Below, piece after piece: positions 51,573-60,350 of a stretch of DNA of 64,000 bases. Below the pieces are notes generated by a model that saw nothing but the letters and a program-made list of their open reading frames with translations, made no database searches and had not been told where the DNA came from. A program made the translations under genes and the position numbers. Source of the DNA: an uncultured delta proteobacterium (GTDB lineage: Bacteria > Myxococcota_A > Polyangia > Polyangiales > Houyiibacteriaceae); assembly GCA_963699755.1 (NCBI GenBank), contig CAVOVB010000001.1:640001-704000 (forward strand), given 5' to 3'. Numbering within the stretch: the stretch's first letter is position 1; each line of letters starts with the position of its first letter.

Positions 51573-52592
51573 TCAGACCGCCCCGATGGATTCGAGATGC
51601 TGACATGTGCGCTCGATGCCTTCCTCCACCGAGACGGCGGGGTCGTAGCCGAGCTCGCGGCGTGCCTTCTCGATGCTGAAGTAGTGGTGGGTGCACATGT
51701 AGCGGATCGCAAAACGCGTGAGGCCGTCTTCTGCGTTGAGGGTGCCGCCCTTGAGGGTGTCGATGCCCTCTTTGACCGCCGCAATTGCGTAGACGAGCGA
51801 CCTGGGAGCCGTGTACTTCACGGGGGGGAAGCCGAGGCGCGCGGCGACTTTGCGGATGAAGTCCCAGAATGGCATCGGTTCGCCATTGGTGATGAAGTAG
51901 GCCTGGCCGGCGGCAACGCTGTTCAAACCTTCCTTGGCGAGCGCTTGGTCGGCGAGGAGGACCGCGTCCGTCATGTTGGTCACGTAGGTGTAATCGGAAA
52001 GCCAAACACCACGCCCGATTTGAACCTGTAGCTGCCCGTTGCGACCTTTTGCAAGCAGCGTGGGCATGAAGCGGTTGTCCCCCGGACCGAAGACGACGTG
52101 CGGACGAAGGGCACAGGTCGCCATACCGCCCCTGCCGTTCTCGGCGAGCACCAGCTTCTCCGCCTCGATCTTGCTGTCCGCGTATGGGGCCTGGGAAACC
52201 GACGAGTACGGAAGACTCTCGTCGCCGTTTTCGATGTCCTTGCCCTCGTAGACCACGCTCCCGGAGCTGATGTAGATGAAACGTGGGACGCCATTGAGCC
52301 GCGCTCCTTCGAGCATGTTCTTGGTGCCGCCCAGGTTCACCGACCAAACGATGTCCTTCTTATTCTGCTTGGTGTGGACGATCGAAGCATTGTGAATGAC
52401 GCTGTCGACGCCACGGCAGGCCTCGATGACGGCAGCCTTGTCGGTGATGTCGACGCGCCTGTGCTCCACGCCCTCGACCGAGCATTCCGGCGCCAAATCG
52501 AGGACGATGACCTGATCACCCCGATCCCTGAGTGCGCGCGCAATCGCCGCGCCCAGGAAGCCACAGCCGCCCGTTACCAAACTGACAGTCAT
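51573..52592 (-). CDS. NSDHL/ERG26-like 3beta-hydroxysteroid dehydrogenase/decarboxylase
   Basis: TGGCGFLG, HNAS, SSGSVVYEGKDIENGDE, YADSK, RPHVVFGPGD, AGQAYFITNGEP...FWDF. Confidence 0.85.
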   Translation of the reverse strand: MTVSLVTGGCGFLGAAIARALRDRGDQVIVLDLAPECSVEGVEHRRVDITDKAAVIEACRGVDSVIHNASIVHTKQNKKDIVWSVNLGGTKNMLEGARLNGVPRFIYISSGSVVYEGKDIENGDESLPYSSVSQAPYADSKIEAEKLVLAENGRGGMATCALRPHVVFGPGDNRFMPTLLAKGRNGQLQVQIGRGVWLSDYTYVTNMTDAVLLADQALAKEGLNSVAAGQAYFITNGEPMPFWDFIRKVAARLGFPPVKYTAPRSLVYAIAAVKEGIDTLKGGTLNAEDGLTRFAIRYMCTHHYFSIEKARRELGYDPAVSVEEGIERTCQHLESIGAV

Positions 52593-52595
52593 GAC

Positions 52596-53282
52596 TTACT
52601 CCACCGTGCCGAAGATGATGTCGGGCAAGGGCGTGATCGAAGCGTAGTTGCCCGAAAGCATGCTGTGATGATGGCGGTCGTGGACCGCTGCGAGCTTGCC
52701 AAGGGTCTTGAACGGGAATCGAGGGCAGTCGATACCCGCATGATTGAGGATGTTGAGCGCGGTGTAAATGGTGAACAAGACAGCGAACGTGATGACGTGC
52801 ACGCCTCCGACGAACGCAAGCGAGCTGAAGAACAAGCTGAGGCCGAGAAAGGTTTCGACGGGATGCAACAAGAGGCTGTCGATCTGCCTCGGATTTCTCG
52901 CCGCGTGGTGAACAGAATGAACACCACGTAGGATCTTCCATTCATGGAATGGGTAGCGGTGCATGAAGTAGTACCCGAAGTCGTAGATCAGAATCACGGT
53001 CACTCCCTCGAGCAAGAATCGCCAAAGCGGCATGGCACGGTCGTGGTAGAGGTGCTCTCCCAATCCGAACATCACCGAAAAGATGAGGGTGATCGAAACG
53101 ACCATGTTGAGTCGAACCCTCCAACGGAGCTCGCTCTCGCTCTTCGAGCGATGGGGGTCGTCGCTGATCAGGTACTTCTGCGCTTCAGGGCTGCGGTAGG
53201 CCTTGTTGAGAACGACCTGTGCGATCCCCGCCGAGGCGTAACTGGCGAGGATGGCTATCAATGCTTTCATTTCCACCGTCAT
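52596..53282 (-). CDS. Sterol desaturase/fatty-acid hydroxylase family di-iron enzyme (ERG25/ERG3 superfamily)
   Basis: His boxes HRYPFH, HSVHH, HP, NHAG, HDRHH; NYASITPLPD. Confidence 0.88.
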   Translation of the reverse strand: MTVEMKALIAILASYASAGIAQVVLNKAYRSPEAQKYLISDDPHRSKSESELRWRVRLNMVVSITLIFSVMFGLGEHLYHDRAMPLWRFLLEGVTVILIYDFGYYFMHRYPFHEWKILRGVHSVHHAARNPRQIDSLLLHPVETFLGLSLFFSSLAFVGGVHVITFAVLFTIYTALNILNHAGIDCPRFPFKTLGKLAAVHDRHHHSMLSGNYASITPLPDIIFGTVE

Positions 53283-53290
53283 CTCATCAC

Positions 53291-54454
53291 CTAGGGCACC
53301 AATCTGAGAACGAGCGTACCAGCAATCATGAAGGCGAAAACGGCAACGGCCGCCAGCCTCGACCAGGTCTTGCTGTAGGAGGATTTGACGCCTGAGGCGG
53401 CCCGGAAAGACGTCGATTCGCTGTCGAGCTCCAGAGGTTCGGCGCTCGCGGGAAAGCTTTGGCAGAGGAGCGCGACGCCCCGTGCGACGTCCCTTTCGGA
53501 GAGCGCGTCGTGCGTGCGCATGTAGACCTTGCCGGTGTTCACATGGGCCATGCAGGAGCCGCAGTACCCCGACTCGCAGGAATGGGGCGGATTCAGGCCC
53601 GCCGCTTGCGCACACTGCAAGAGGGTCTTGCCTTTCTCGTATGGAACGGTTCGAGATCGGCCGTTCATCCATAGGCTGAAGCCAGCGGGGGCCGCGAGAG
53701 ACTCGACGTGGATCGCATCCGCTTCGACCCGAGCGGGATCGGCGGGAGAGACGAAGCGCTCGATGTAGACGAGCTCCTCGTGCACCCCTGCCTCTTCGAG
53801 CGTCTCCCGGATGAGCTCCATGAAAGGCTCGGGGCCACAGATGTAACACTCGGCGACGTCGCTGTGATGGAGGAGCCCTCGCACGTCCGCTGGCTCCACA
53901 CAACCGCTCTCCGAATCGAAATGGTATCGAATGTGTAGGCGCTCGGTATGCTCTGCTGCGAGCTGCGCGAGCTCAGCGCCGTAGATGACCGAGTGCAGGT
54001 CTCGGTTGGCGTAGAGCAAAGTGATGCAGCGCTTGGTCGTCGCGAGGGCGCTCTTCAGAAGTGAAATGATCGGAGTGATTCCGCTTCCGCCGGCGAATAG
54101 GAAGAGCGGGGAGCTCGATCGAGTTTCTGGATCCAGAACGAAGCGGCCCTCGGGGATGCTTGCACGGATCGAGTCACCGACCTTCAGATTGTCGTTGAGC
54201 CAGTTGGAGATTCGACCTCCTTCTACCCTTTTTACGGCAATTTTGAGAGGTTCATCGAGGTCGGGGCAGCTCGACAAGGAATAGCAGCGCGTGACTTTGA
54301 AGTCGTCCCAAGGGAGCTCGACGGTGAGGTGCTGGCCTGATCGATACCGGTAGGCATCTCGCAGGCTCATCGGCACTCGGAGCTCGAACGAGCTGGAGTC
54401 GGCCGTCTCGCGAATGACGGCGCTGACTTCGAGCTCGTGAAACTCGACGCTCAT
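53291..54454 (-). CDS. FAD/NAD(P)H/[2Fe-2S] reductase, KshB-like, with C-terminal TM helix
   Basis: RCYSLSS, AGGSGITP, LLYANRD, ICGPEPFM, CESGYCGSC...LCQ, then LAAVAVFAFMIAGTLVL. Confidence 0.88.
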   Translation of the reverse strand: MSVEFHELEVSAVIRETADSSSFELRVPMSLRDAYRYRSGQHLTVELPWDDFKVTRCYSLSSCPDLDEPLKIAVKRVEGGRISNWLNDNLKVGDSIRASIPEGRFVLDPETRSSSPLFLFAGGSGITPIISLLKSALATTKRCITLLYANRDLHSVIYGAELAQLAAEHTERLHIRYHFDSESGCVEPADVRGLLHHSDVAECYICGPEPFMELIRETLEEAGVHEELVYIERFVSPADPARVEADAIHVESLAAPAGFSLWMNGRSRTVPYEKGKTLLQCAQAAGLNPPHSCESGYCGSCMAHVNTGKVYMRTHDALSERDVARGVALLCQSFPASAEPLELDSESTSFRAASGVKSSYSKTWSRLAAVAVFAFMIAGTLVLRLVP

Positions 54455-55134
54455 GGCTCTTCTTCCAAACCAGCCCTCTCGAGAGCTGCGGCCAGATGCT
54501 CTGGTTTGCAGTAGCTCCTGAGCAGATGCCTGAGCGCCGCATCGGCTAGGCGACTAGAGTCTTCCTTGCATCCTCGATCCATCCACATCGCCAACCGTGC
54601 TTGCTGCGCCGCGATCATCATCCTTGCCATGAGCTCCGGATCGTCATCGACGAGATACCCGTCTTCGATGCAGCTCCGGAAGAGGCTCGCGACGAGATCC
54701 AAACCGACCCCGAGTGCCTCGACCTGTTCGGGGCTGCGTAGCAGCTCGATCGTCGACCAGGCGGTGACTTCCTTGAGTTGCATCTTGGTGAAGTCGAGGT
54801 GCTCCATGAAGAAGGACAGCTGCGTTCGAGTTCCGGCGATGAGGATGTCGAGCGAAGACATCTCTTTTTGAAGAACGTCTTGTGTGCGGAGCATGACCTC
54901 GCCCAAGCGCCGGCGGTGCACGGCGCGGTAGATCTCCCACTTGGAAGGGAGCACGCTGTAGAGCGTGGTCAGCGAGACCCCTGCCTCGGCGGCGATCCGC
55001 TGCACTTTGGTGGCCTCGTAGCCCTCCTGGCCAAACACCCGTTCCGCGGCGTCGAGGACGGCCTCGCGATAGAGCTCGCGCTTCCTATCCTTCAGGGATT
55101 CTTGGGCTTTTGCGGCTGCGGCGCTCGTTGACAC
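54451..55134 (-). CDS. TetR/AcrR family regulator
   Basis: VLDAAERVFGQEGYEATKVQRIAAEAGVSLTTLY; ATGA-coupled to the reductase. Confidence 0.9.
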   Translation of the reverse strand: MSTSAAAAKAQESLKDRKRELYREAVLDAAERVFGQEGYEATKVQRIAAEAGVSLTTLYSVLPSKWEIYRAVHRRRLGEVMLRTQDVLQKEMSSLDILIAGTRTQLSFFMEHLDFTKMQLKEVTAWSTIELLRSPEQVEALGVGLDLVASLFRSCIEDGYLVDDDPELMARMMIAAQQARLAMWMDRGCKEDSSRLADAALRHLLRSYCKPEHLAAALERAGLEEEP

Positions 55135-55140
55135 GGTTGG

Positions 55141-55185
55141 GTCGGAATGATAAGGGCGAAAATCAGAATGTCAATTCCGATTTCG
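55141..55185. promoter_or_regulatory. Palindromic operator candidate between TetR and ALDH
   Basis: AAATCAGAAT-gtca-ATTCCGATTT inverted repeat over the ALDH start, plus an extra TCGGAAT half-site at 55142. Confidence 0.55.
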
Positions 55186-56760
55186 GCGGAGACCGAATCT
55201 GCACCTTCCGCGCCGGCTAGCCAGATCCCATGTGTCGACCCGGCGACGCGAGAGCGACTTGGAGCGATTCCCGTCGACTCTCCTGAGGACGTCGCTGCCG
55301 CCGTGGCGCGTGCCAAGGTCGCGCAGAAAGCTTGGCGTAGGACTTCGTTCGAACAGCGACGCGAGCTTCTGCGGCGGCTGCTCGCATTCACGGTCGATCA
55401 GAAGGACGAGATCTGTCTCGCGGTGCAGCGCGACTCCGGTAAGACCCGAGAAAACGCGCTGATGGGGGAGATCTGGCCAACCTGCGAGAAGTTTCGCTGG
55501 ATGATCAAGAATGGCGAGAAGTATCTTCGCCCCGAACGCGTCTCGTCTGGCTTGCTGCTCCATAAGACGGCGCGCCTCGAGTATCACCCGCTCGGTGTCA
55601 TCGCCGCAATCATTCCCTGGAACTATCCGTTCCAGAACATCGTCAACCCGGTGATCCCGGCTCTGATGTCGGGAAATGCAATCGTCCTCAAGCCATCGGA
55701 GTGGGTGGCCTGGTCGAGCGACAAGTTCGTCCAGGCGCTTCAAAAGGTCGTCGAAGAAGCGGGACACAATCCGGATCTGATTCAGGCGGTGCAAGGGTAC
55801 GGACCCACCGGCGCAGCACTCGCTCGCTCTGCGGTCGATTCGATCCTGTTCATCGGCTCGGTTCGCAACGGGCGTCGCGTCATCGAAGCCAGCGCGGAGC
55901 GGGTTGTCCCGGTCGTCATGGAGCTCGGCGGCAAGGACGCTTTCATCGTCTGCGATGATGCGGATCTCGAACAGGCAGTCCATGCCTCGCTCGCTGGTTG
56001 CTACATCAATTGCGGACAGAACTGCGTCGCTTCGGAGCGAATTTTGGTCTACGAGGACATCTACGACGCCTTCGAAAAGCGAGCCGCAGAGCTGGTTCGA
56101 GAGTTTCGACAGGGCAGCAGCCGTGAGGGCGTTGTCGATGTCGGCGCGATCGTCACGCCCCTACAGCTCGACGTGATCGAGATGGCGGTCGATGGGGCGA
56201 TCGCCGAGGGTGCTCGGGTCATCACCGGGGGCAAACGCGTGCTGAGCGACAAGGGTGATTACTTCGAGCCGACCATCTTGGCAGACGTGACGCCAGAGAT
56301 GGACATCGCACAGGAAGAGGTCTTTGGCCCGGTGATGCTCTTGATGCGCGTACGAGATGATGCGCATGCGGTCGAGGTCGCAAATGGGGTGGCGTACGGC
56401 CTCTCGTCGTCGGTTTTTTCCAAGAACCGCTCGCGGGCTCGCAAGATCGCCTCGGAGCTCGAAGCCGGCATGAGCGCGATCAACGAGTTCGGCGGAATCA
56501 CGTACATGGCGCAAGGACTCACCTTCGGTGGCGTGAAGGCTTCGGGATACGGTCGAATGAACGGTCGTGAAGGCTTGCGTTCGATGTGCAACATCAAGGC
56601 GGTCGTCGATGATCGCTTGCCGATCAACAAAGCCAACCGGGTTTTCCCGGTCGCTGAGAAGGACTATGGCGTTTTCAGTGCTGTGATCGAGCTGATCTAT
56701 GGCAAGAGCCTCGCGCAGCGATGGCGTGGCTTGCTGAAGCTGTTGGGCCGAAAGCGCTGA
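55168..56760 (+). CDS. Aldehyde dehydrogenase
   Basis: PWNYP, KPSE, FIGS, ELGGKD, GQNC, EEVFGP. Confidence 0.95.
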   Translation: MSIPISAETESAPSAPASQIPCVDPATRERLGAIPVDSPEDVAAAVARAKVAQKAWRRTSFEQRRELLRRLLAFTVDQKDEICLAVQRDSGKTRENALMGEIWPTCEKFRWMIKNGEKYLRPERVSSGLLLHKTARLEYHPLGVIAAIIPWNYPFQNIVNPVIPALMSGNAIVLKPSEWVAWSSDKFVQALQKVVEEAGHNPDLIQAVQGYGPTGAALARSAVDSILFIGSVRNGRRVIEASAERVVPVVMELGGKDAFIVCDDADLEQAVHASLAGCYINCGQNCVASERILVYEDIYDAFEKRAAELVREFRQGSSREGVVDVGAIVTPLQLDVIEMAVDGAIAEGARVITGGKRVLSDKGDYFEPTILADVTPEMDIAQEEVFGPVMLLMRVRDDAHAVEVANGVAYGLSSSVFSKNRSRARKIASELEAGMSAINEFGGITYMAQGLTFGGVKASGYGRMNGREGLRSMCNIKAVVDDRLPINKANRVFPVAEKDYGVFSAVIELIYGKSLAQRWRGLLKLLGRKR

Positions 56761-58340
56761 TGGACCAGTTCGACTACATCGTGGTTGGGGGCGGATCAGC
56801 AGGCTGCATCGCAGCCGCTGAGCTCGCGGGTGATCCTCGGTATCGCGTGCTCCTACTGGAGGGCGGACCCAGGGCCGAGGAGCACCCCGAAACCCTGGTC
56901 GCGGACGGCTACAAAGAGGCATTCGTCAACGATGCCGTGATGGGAGAGCGGTTTTCGGTTCCGCAGGCCCACGCCGGCAAGCGGCGAATCTTCGCTGGTA
57001 CCGGGACCGTGATGGGCGGCAGTGGTTCTGTGAACGCCATGGTCTACACGCGTGGCTCGCGCGAGGACTACGCAGAGTGGCCTGAGGGCTGGCACTGGGA
57101 CGACAATCTCGCTGATTTCCGCGCGATCGAGGAGACGCTTCGACCACATCGACGCCCTGCGACCGCCTGGACCGAAGCCTGCATCGCTTCGGCGGAACAG
57201 CACGGCTTCACCCGGAAAGAAGACCTCAACGACGGCAACATGAGCAACGTCATCGGCTACGAGTGGATGTCCTACGAGGGCGAGAACCGTCGAAGCTCCT
57301 ACGTGGCGTTCATCAAGGACGCCGGCGCACGTCCGAATCTCACCGTCGTCACGGGCGCCCTCGCCCATCGGGTCGTGTTCACGGGCGAGAAGCTGGCCCG
57401 TGCGGTCGAGTTCGAACATGCGGGTGCGCTCCAGCGGGCGGAGGCGAGCAAAGAGATCGTACTTTGCGCCGGCGCACTGGAGACCCCGAAGCTGCTCATG
57501 CTCTCGGGCGTGGGTCGGAGCGAACACCTGCGGACCTTCGACATCCCCCTGGTTGCCAATAGGCCAGCAGTCGGAGACGGGCTTCACGATCACCCGAACG
57601 TGCCCGTCTTCTTCCAGGCCGAGAAGGGCATCGACTGCTTCTATCCGCAGCTCTACAGCTTTTTCCGTACCAACCACGCGAGCGACCTTCCGGCCTCGCA
57701 GAGCGACACTTGCTATGTGTACTGGCCGGCTCCTTCGGCGATGCAGCAGATGATGGAGCGCATGCTGCCGCCGATGGCGGTCCCGCATGGGCTCTACGGC
57801 CCGCGATCGCGACAAATGGTGCGCGGCATGGTGGGCACCGCGTTCAAGCTCGGCGCTGTACGACGTTTCACCGACCGGATGTTCGGGATCATCTTGATCC
57901 TCGGGAAGCCAAAGAGCCGCGGCACGCTGCGTTTGCAGTCGACCGACGTGCGCCGCCAGGCGCTCATCGATCCGGCCTATTACTCGGACCCGGAGGACAT
58001 GGAGACGATGGTCAGAGGCGTTCGGATTGCCAAAGCGATAGGTGCTTCGGGCGGGCTCGCGGAATGGGGGGCCAAGGAGCTCATGCCTGGCAAGCGGGTC
58101 CAGAGCGATGAGGCCATCGCCAACTACGTCCGAAAGAACACGATTACGACCTATCACGTCGCCGGAAGCTGCAGCATGGGTGTCACCGAAGCGCACGCGG
58201 TCGACCCTCAGCTCCGCCTGCGAGGCGTCACGGGTCTGCGAATTGCGGATGCTTCAGTGATCCCTTGGACGCCGGTTTCCGCGCTCAACGCCCCGAGCAT
58301 GCTGATCGGCTATCGCGCCGCGAAGCTCATCCGGAGCTGA
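56760..58340 (+). CDS. GMC family oxidoreductase
   Basis: VGGGSAG, GGSGSVNAM, TPKLLMLSGVG, YHVAGSC, ADASVIP; TGATG coupling. Confidence 0.93.
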   Translation: MDQFDYIVVGGGSAGCIAAAELAGDPRYRVLLLEGGPRAEEHPETLVADGYKEAFVNDAVMGERFSVPQAHAGKRRIFAGTGTVMGGSGSVNAMVYTRGSREDYAEWPEGWHWDDNLADFRAIEETLRPHRRPATAWTEACIASAEQHGFTRKEDLNDGNMSNVIGYEWMSYEGENRRSSYVAFIKDAGARPNLTVVTGALAHRVVFTGEKLARAVEFEHAGALQRAEASKEIVLCAGALETPKLLMLSGVGRSEHLRTFDIPLVANRPAVGDGLHDHPNVPVFFQAEKGIDCFYPQLYSFFRTNHASDLPASQSDTCYVYWPAPSAMQQMMERMLPPMAVPHGLYGPRSRQMVRGMVGTAFKLGAVRRFTDRMFGIILILGKPKSRGTLRLQSTDVRRQALIDPAYYSDPEDMETMVRGVRIAKAIGASGGLAEWGAKELMPGKRVQSDEAIANYVRKNTITTYHVAGSCSMGVTEAHAVDPQLRLRGVTGLRIADASVIPWTPVSALNAPSMLIGYRAAKLIRS

Positions 58341-58433
58341 TCCGCGCCTGGATGAATCCGCGCACAGGGACTCGCGTCGGATGTTCAAACAAATCGATTG
58401 CAGTAGCAACGCGCCTTCCCCATAGGAAGATCC

Positions 58434-59453
58434 ATGACCAAAGCCAAGCACCTCTTCATCGCCGTCCTAGCCCTGGGCGCCTTCATGCTGCCAGGGACTG
58501 TTTCCCTACCCCAGGCGAACGCTGCCTCCTCGACGATCATTCGCTTTGCATCTCTCGCACCCCCCGGCTCGGCGTTCATGAAGTTGATGAAGGCTTGGAA
58601 CCGGAGCCTGAAGACCGAAACCGAAAACCGAGTCGAGCTTCGCTTCTACTCGGGCGGGAGCCAAGGCGACGAGCGCGACTTCATCCGCAAGGTGCGCGCG
58701 GGGCAGATGGACGCGGCCGGAGTCACGACCACGGGCCTTGGAATGGTCGCGCGTCCGGTTCTGGTTCTGACCGCACCCGGAATGATCACCGAATACGCGC
58801 AGCTCGAACGCGCGCGCGAGCAGCTGGGCGAGCGATTCTCCAAGTTGTTCAGGGAAAATGGGTTTGTCATGCTGGCTTGGGGAGAGGCCGGTAAGAACCG
58901 CATTTTTTCCATGGAAAAGTTTGCGAAACCCGATGACTTGAAGCGGCTCCGACCCTGGGCATGGAAAGACGACCCGGTTTTCGCCGGCTATGTCAGCACC
59001 ATCGGCGCGAATCCGGTGCGCATGGGCGTGCCCGAAGTCTACGGAGGTTTGCAGACGCGAATGCTCGACACCGTGCCCGCCTCGGCGCTCGCTGCTGTCG
59101 CGCTCCAGTGGTACACGCGCCTCAACTACATGGCGAAGGAGAACTTCGGCATCATCATCGGCGGCTCGGTCATCAAGCAGGAGAAGTTTGATCTGCTGAG
59201 TGAGCATGATCAGAAAGTGCTGATGGACACCAGCGAGCGCGCCGCACGAGCCGGCGACGTGATGGCACGCCGGGACGACGAGCGGGCCTATGCTTCACTG
59301 ATCAAGCGCGGCATGGTCGAAGTGGACACCGCTGCCTACCAGGCCGAATGGGACGCCGTCGCCAAGAAGACGCGCGAAAGCCTGACCGGTCGGGTCTACA
59401 GCAAGAGCCTCCTCGAAGCCGTCGAGAAGGTCGTAGCGGGCGAGCCTAACTAG
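58434..59453 (+). CDS. dctP: TRAP transporter solute-binding protein DctP
   Basis: Signal peptide; FASLAPPGS, GDERD, EVYGGLQT, LQWY. Confidence 0.85.
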   Translation: MTKAKHLFIAVLALGAFMLPGTVSLPQANAASSTIIRFASLAPPGSAFMKLMKAWNRSLKTETENRVELRFYSGGSQGDERDFIRKVRAGQMDAAGVTTTGLGMVARPVLVLTAPGMITEYAQLERAREQLGERFSKLFRENGFVMLAWGEAGKNRIFSMEKFAKPDDLKRLRPWAWKDDPVFAGYVSTIGANPVRMGVPEVYGGLQTRMLDTVPASALAAVALQWYTRLNYMAKENFGIIIGGSVIKQEKFDLLSEHDQKVLMDTSERAARAGDVMARRDDERAYASLIKRGMVEVDTAAYQAEWDAVAKKTRESLTGRVYSKSLLEAVEKVVAGEPN

Positions 59454-60286
59454 CCCAATTCGTCACGGAGAAACCGAAGCGAGAGCTCATTGAAGAGCTT
59501 CGGGTATTCGACCATGACCCAATGGCCGCAGCGGGAAATCAGCATCGTGCGTGAGTTCGCACAGCGGCTCGCGATTTTGGCCGCACCGCTCGAAGGACAG
59601 AACTTGTCATTGGCGCCCCAGAAGCAGAGCACCGGACACTGAATCTCGGAGAGCCTGTCTTCCTGGTTCGCAACGTGGATGCGGGCAATGTTGTCCCGGT
59701 GTTGCGTCATCGCGATCTGAAATCGCTCTTCGATCACCTCGTCGGTGATCTTCGATTCGTCATGAAGCTGCAGCGTGAAAACCTTGCGCATGGTTTCCTT
59801 GCTGATGCCCTCTTTGAAGAGGACGCGAATCATCGCTTTGATCCCCTCCATCTCCATGTAAGTCTCTCGCGCTTCGAGGCCGCCCGGCGCCATCAAGACG
59901 AGCTTCTCGACCAGCTCCGGATAGTTGAGCGCCATCGTGATGGCGATCGCTCCGCCCTGTGAGTTGCCGATGACGGCGGCGCGCTCGACAGCGAGGGAGT
60001 CGAGGAGGCCCTTGTACTGGGCGGCGACGTCGTCGAGGCTGAACACCCCGTCTTCAGGCTTGGTCGAATAGCCGTAGCCCATCGTGTCGGGCACGATTGT
60101 TCGGTAGCCCTGCTCGGCGAGGAAGGGGTAGTTCCCCTTGAAGTTACTCCAACCGCTGGCGCCTGGACCGCTGCCGTGGACGAACAAGACGACGCCACGT
60201 TCCCCGCTGCCGGCCTCGTGGTAGTGCATCGTGATGCCCTTACCGGTGTCGGCGTATCTTCCCTCGGGAACTGCTTCTACGACCAT
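59450..60286 (-). CDS. hsaD: Meta-cleavage product hydrolase, TesD/HsaD-like
   Basis: HGSGPGASGWSNF, GNSQGG, LMAPGG, FWGANDKFCPSSGA, CGHWVMVE. Confidence 0.85.
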   Translation of the reverse strand: MVVEAVPEGRYADTGKGITMHYHEAGSGERGVVLFVHGSGPGASGWSNFKGNYPFLAEQGYRTIVPDTMGYGYSTKPEDGVFSLDDVAAQYKGLLDSLAVERAAVIGNSQGGAIAITMALNYPELVEKLVLMAPGGLEARETYMEMEGIKAMIRVLFKEGISKETMRKVFTLQLHDESKITDEVIEERFQIAMTQHRDNIARIHVANQEDRLSEIQCPVLCFWGANDKFCPSSGAAKIASRCANSRTMLISRCGHWVMVEYPKLFNELSLRFLRDELG

Positions 60287-60302
60287 GCTTCGGACCTCGG
60301 AA

Positions 60303-60316
60303 TAGAACGTGTTCTA
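60303..60316. promoter_or_regulatory. KstR-type operator
   Basis: TAGAACGTGTTCTA fits TnnAACnnGTTnnA with perfectly palindromic arms; 16 nt upstream of the hsaD-like start. Confidence 0.65.
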
Positions 60317-60350
60317 GCGCAGGGACCGGGAGCGGTCCAATCACGGCGCC

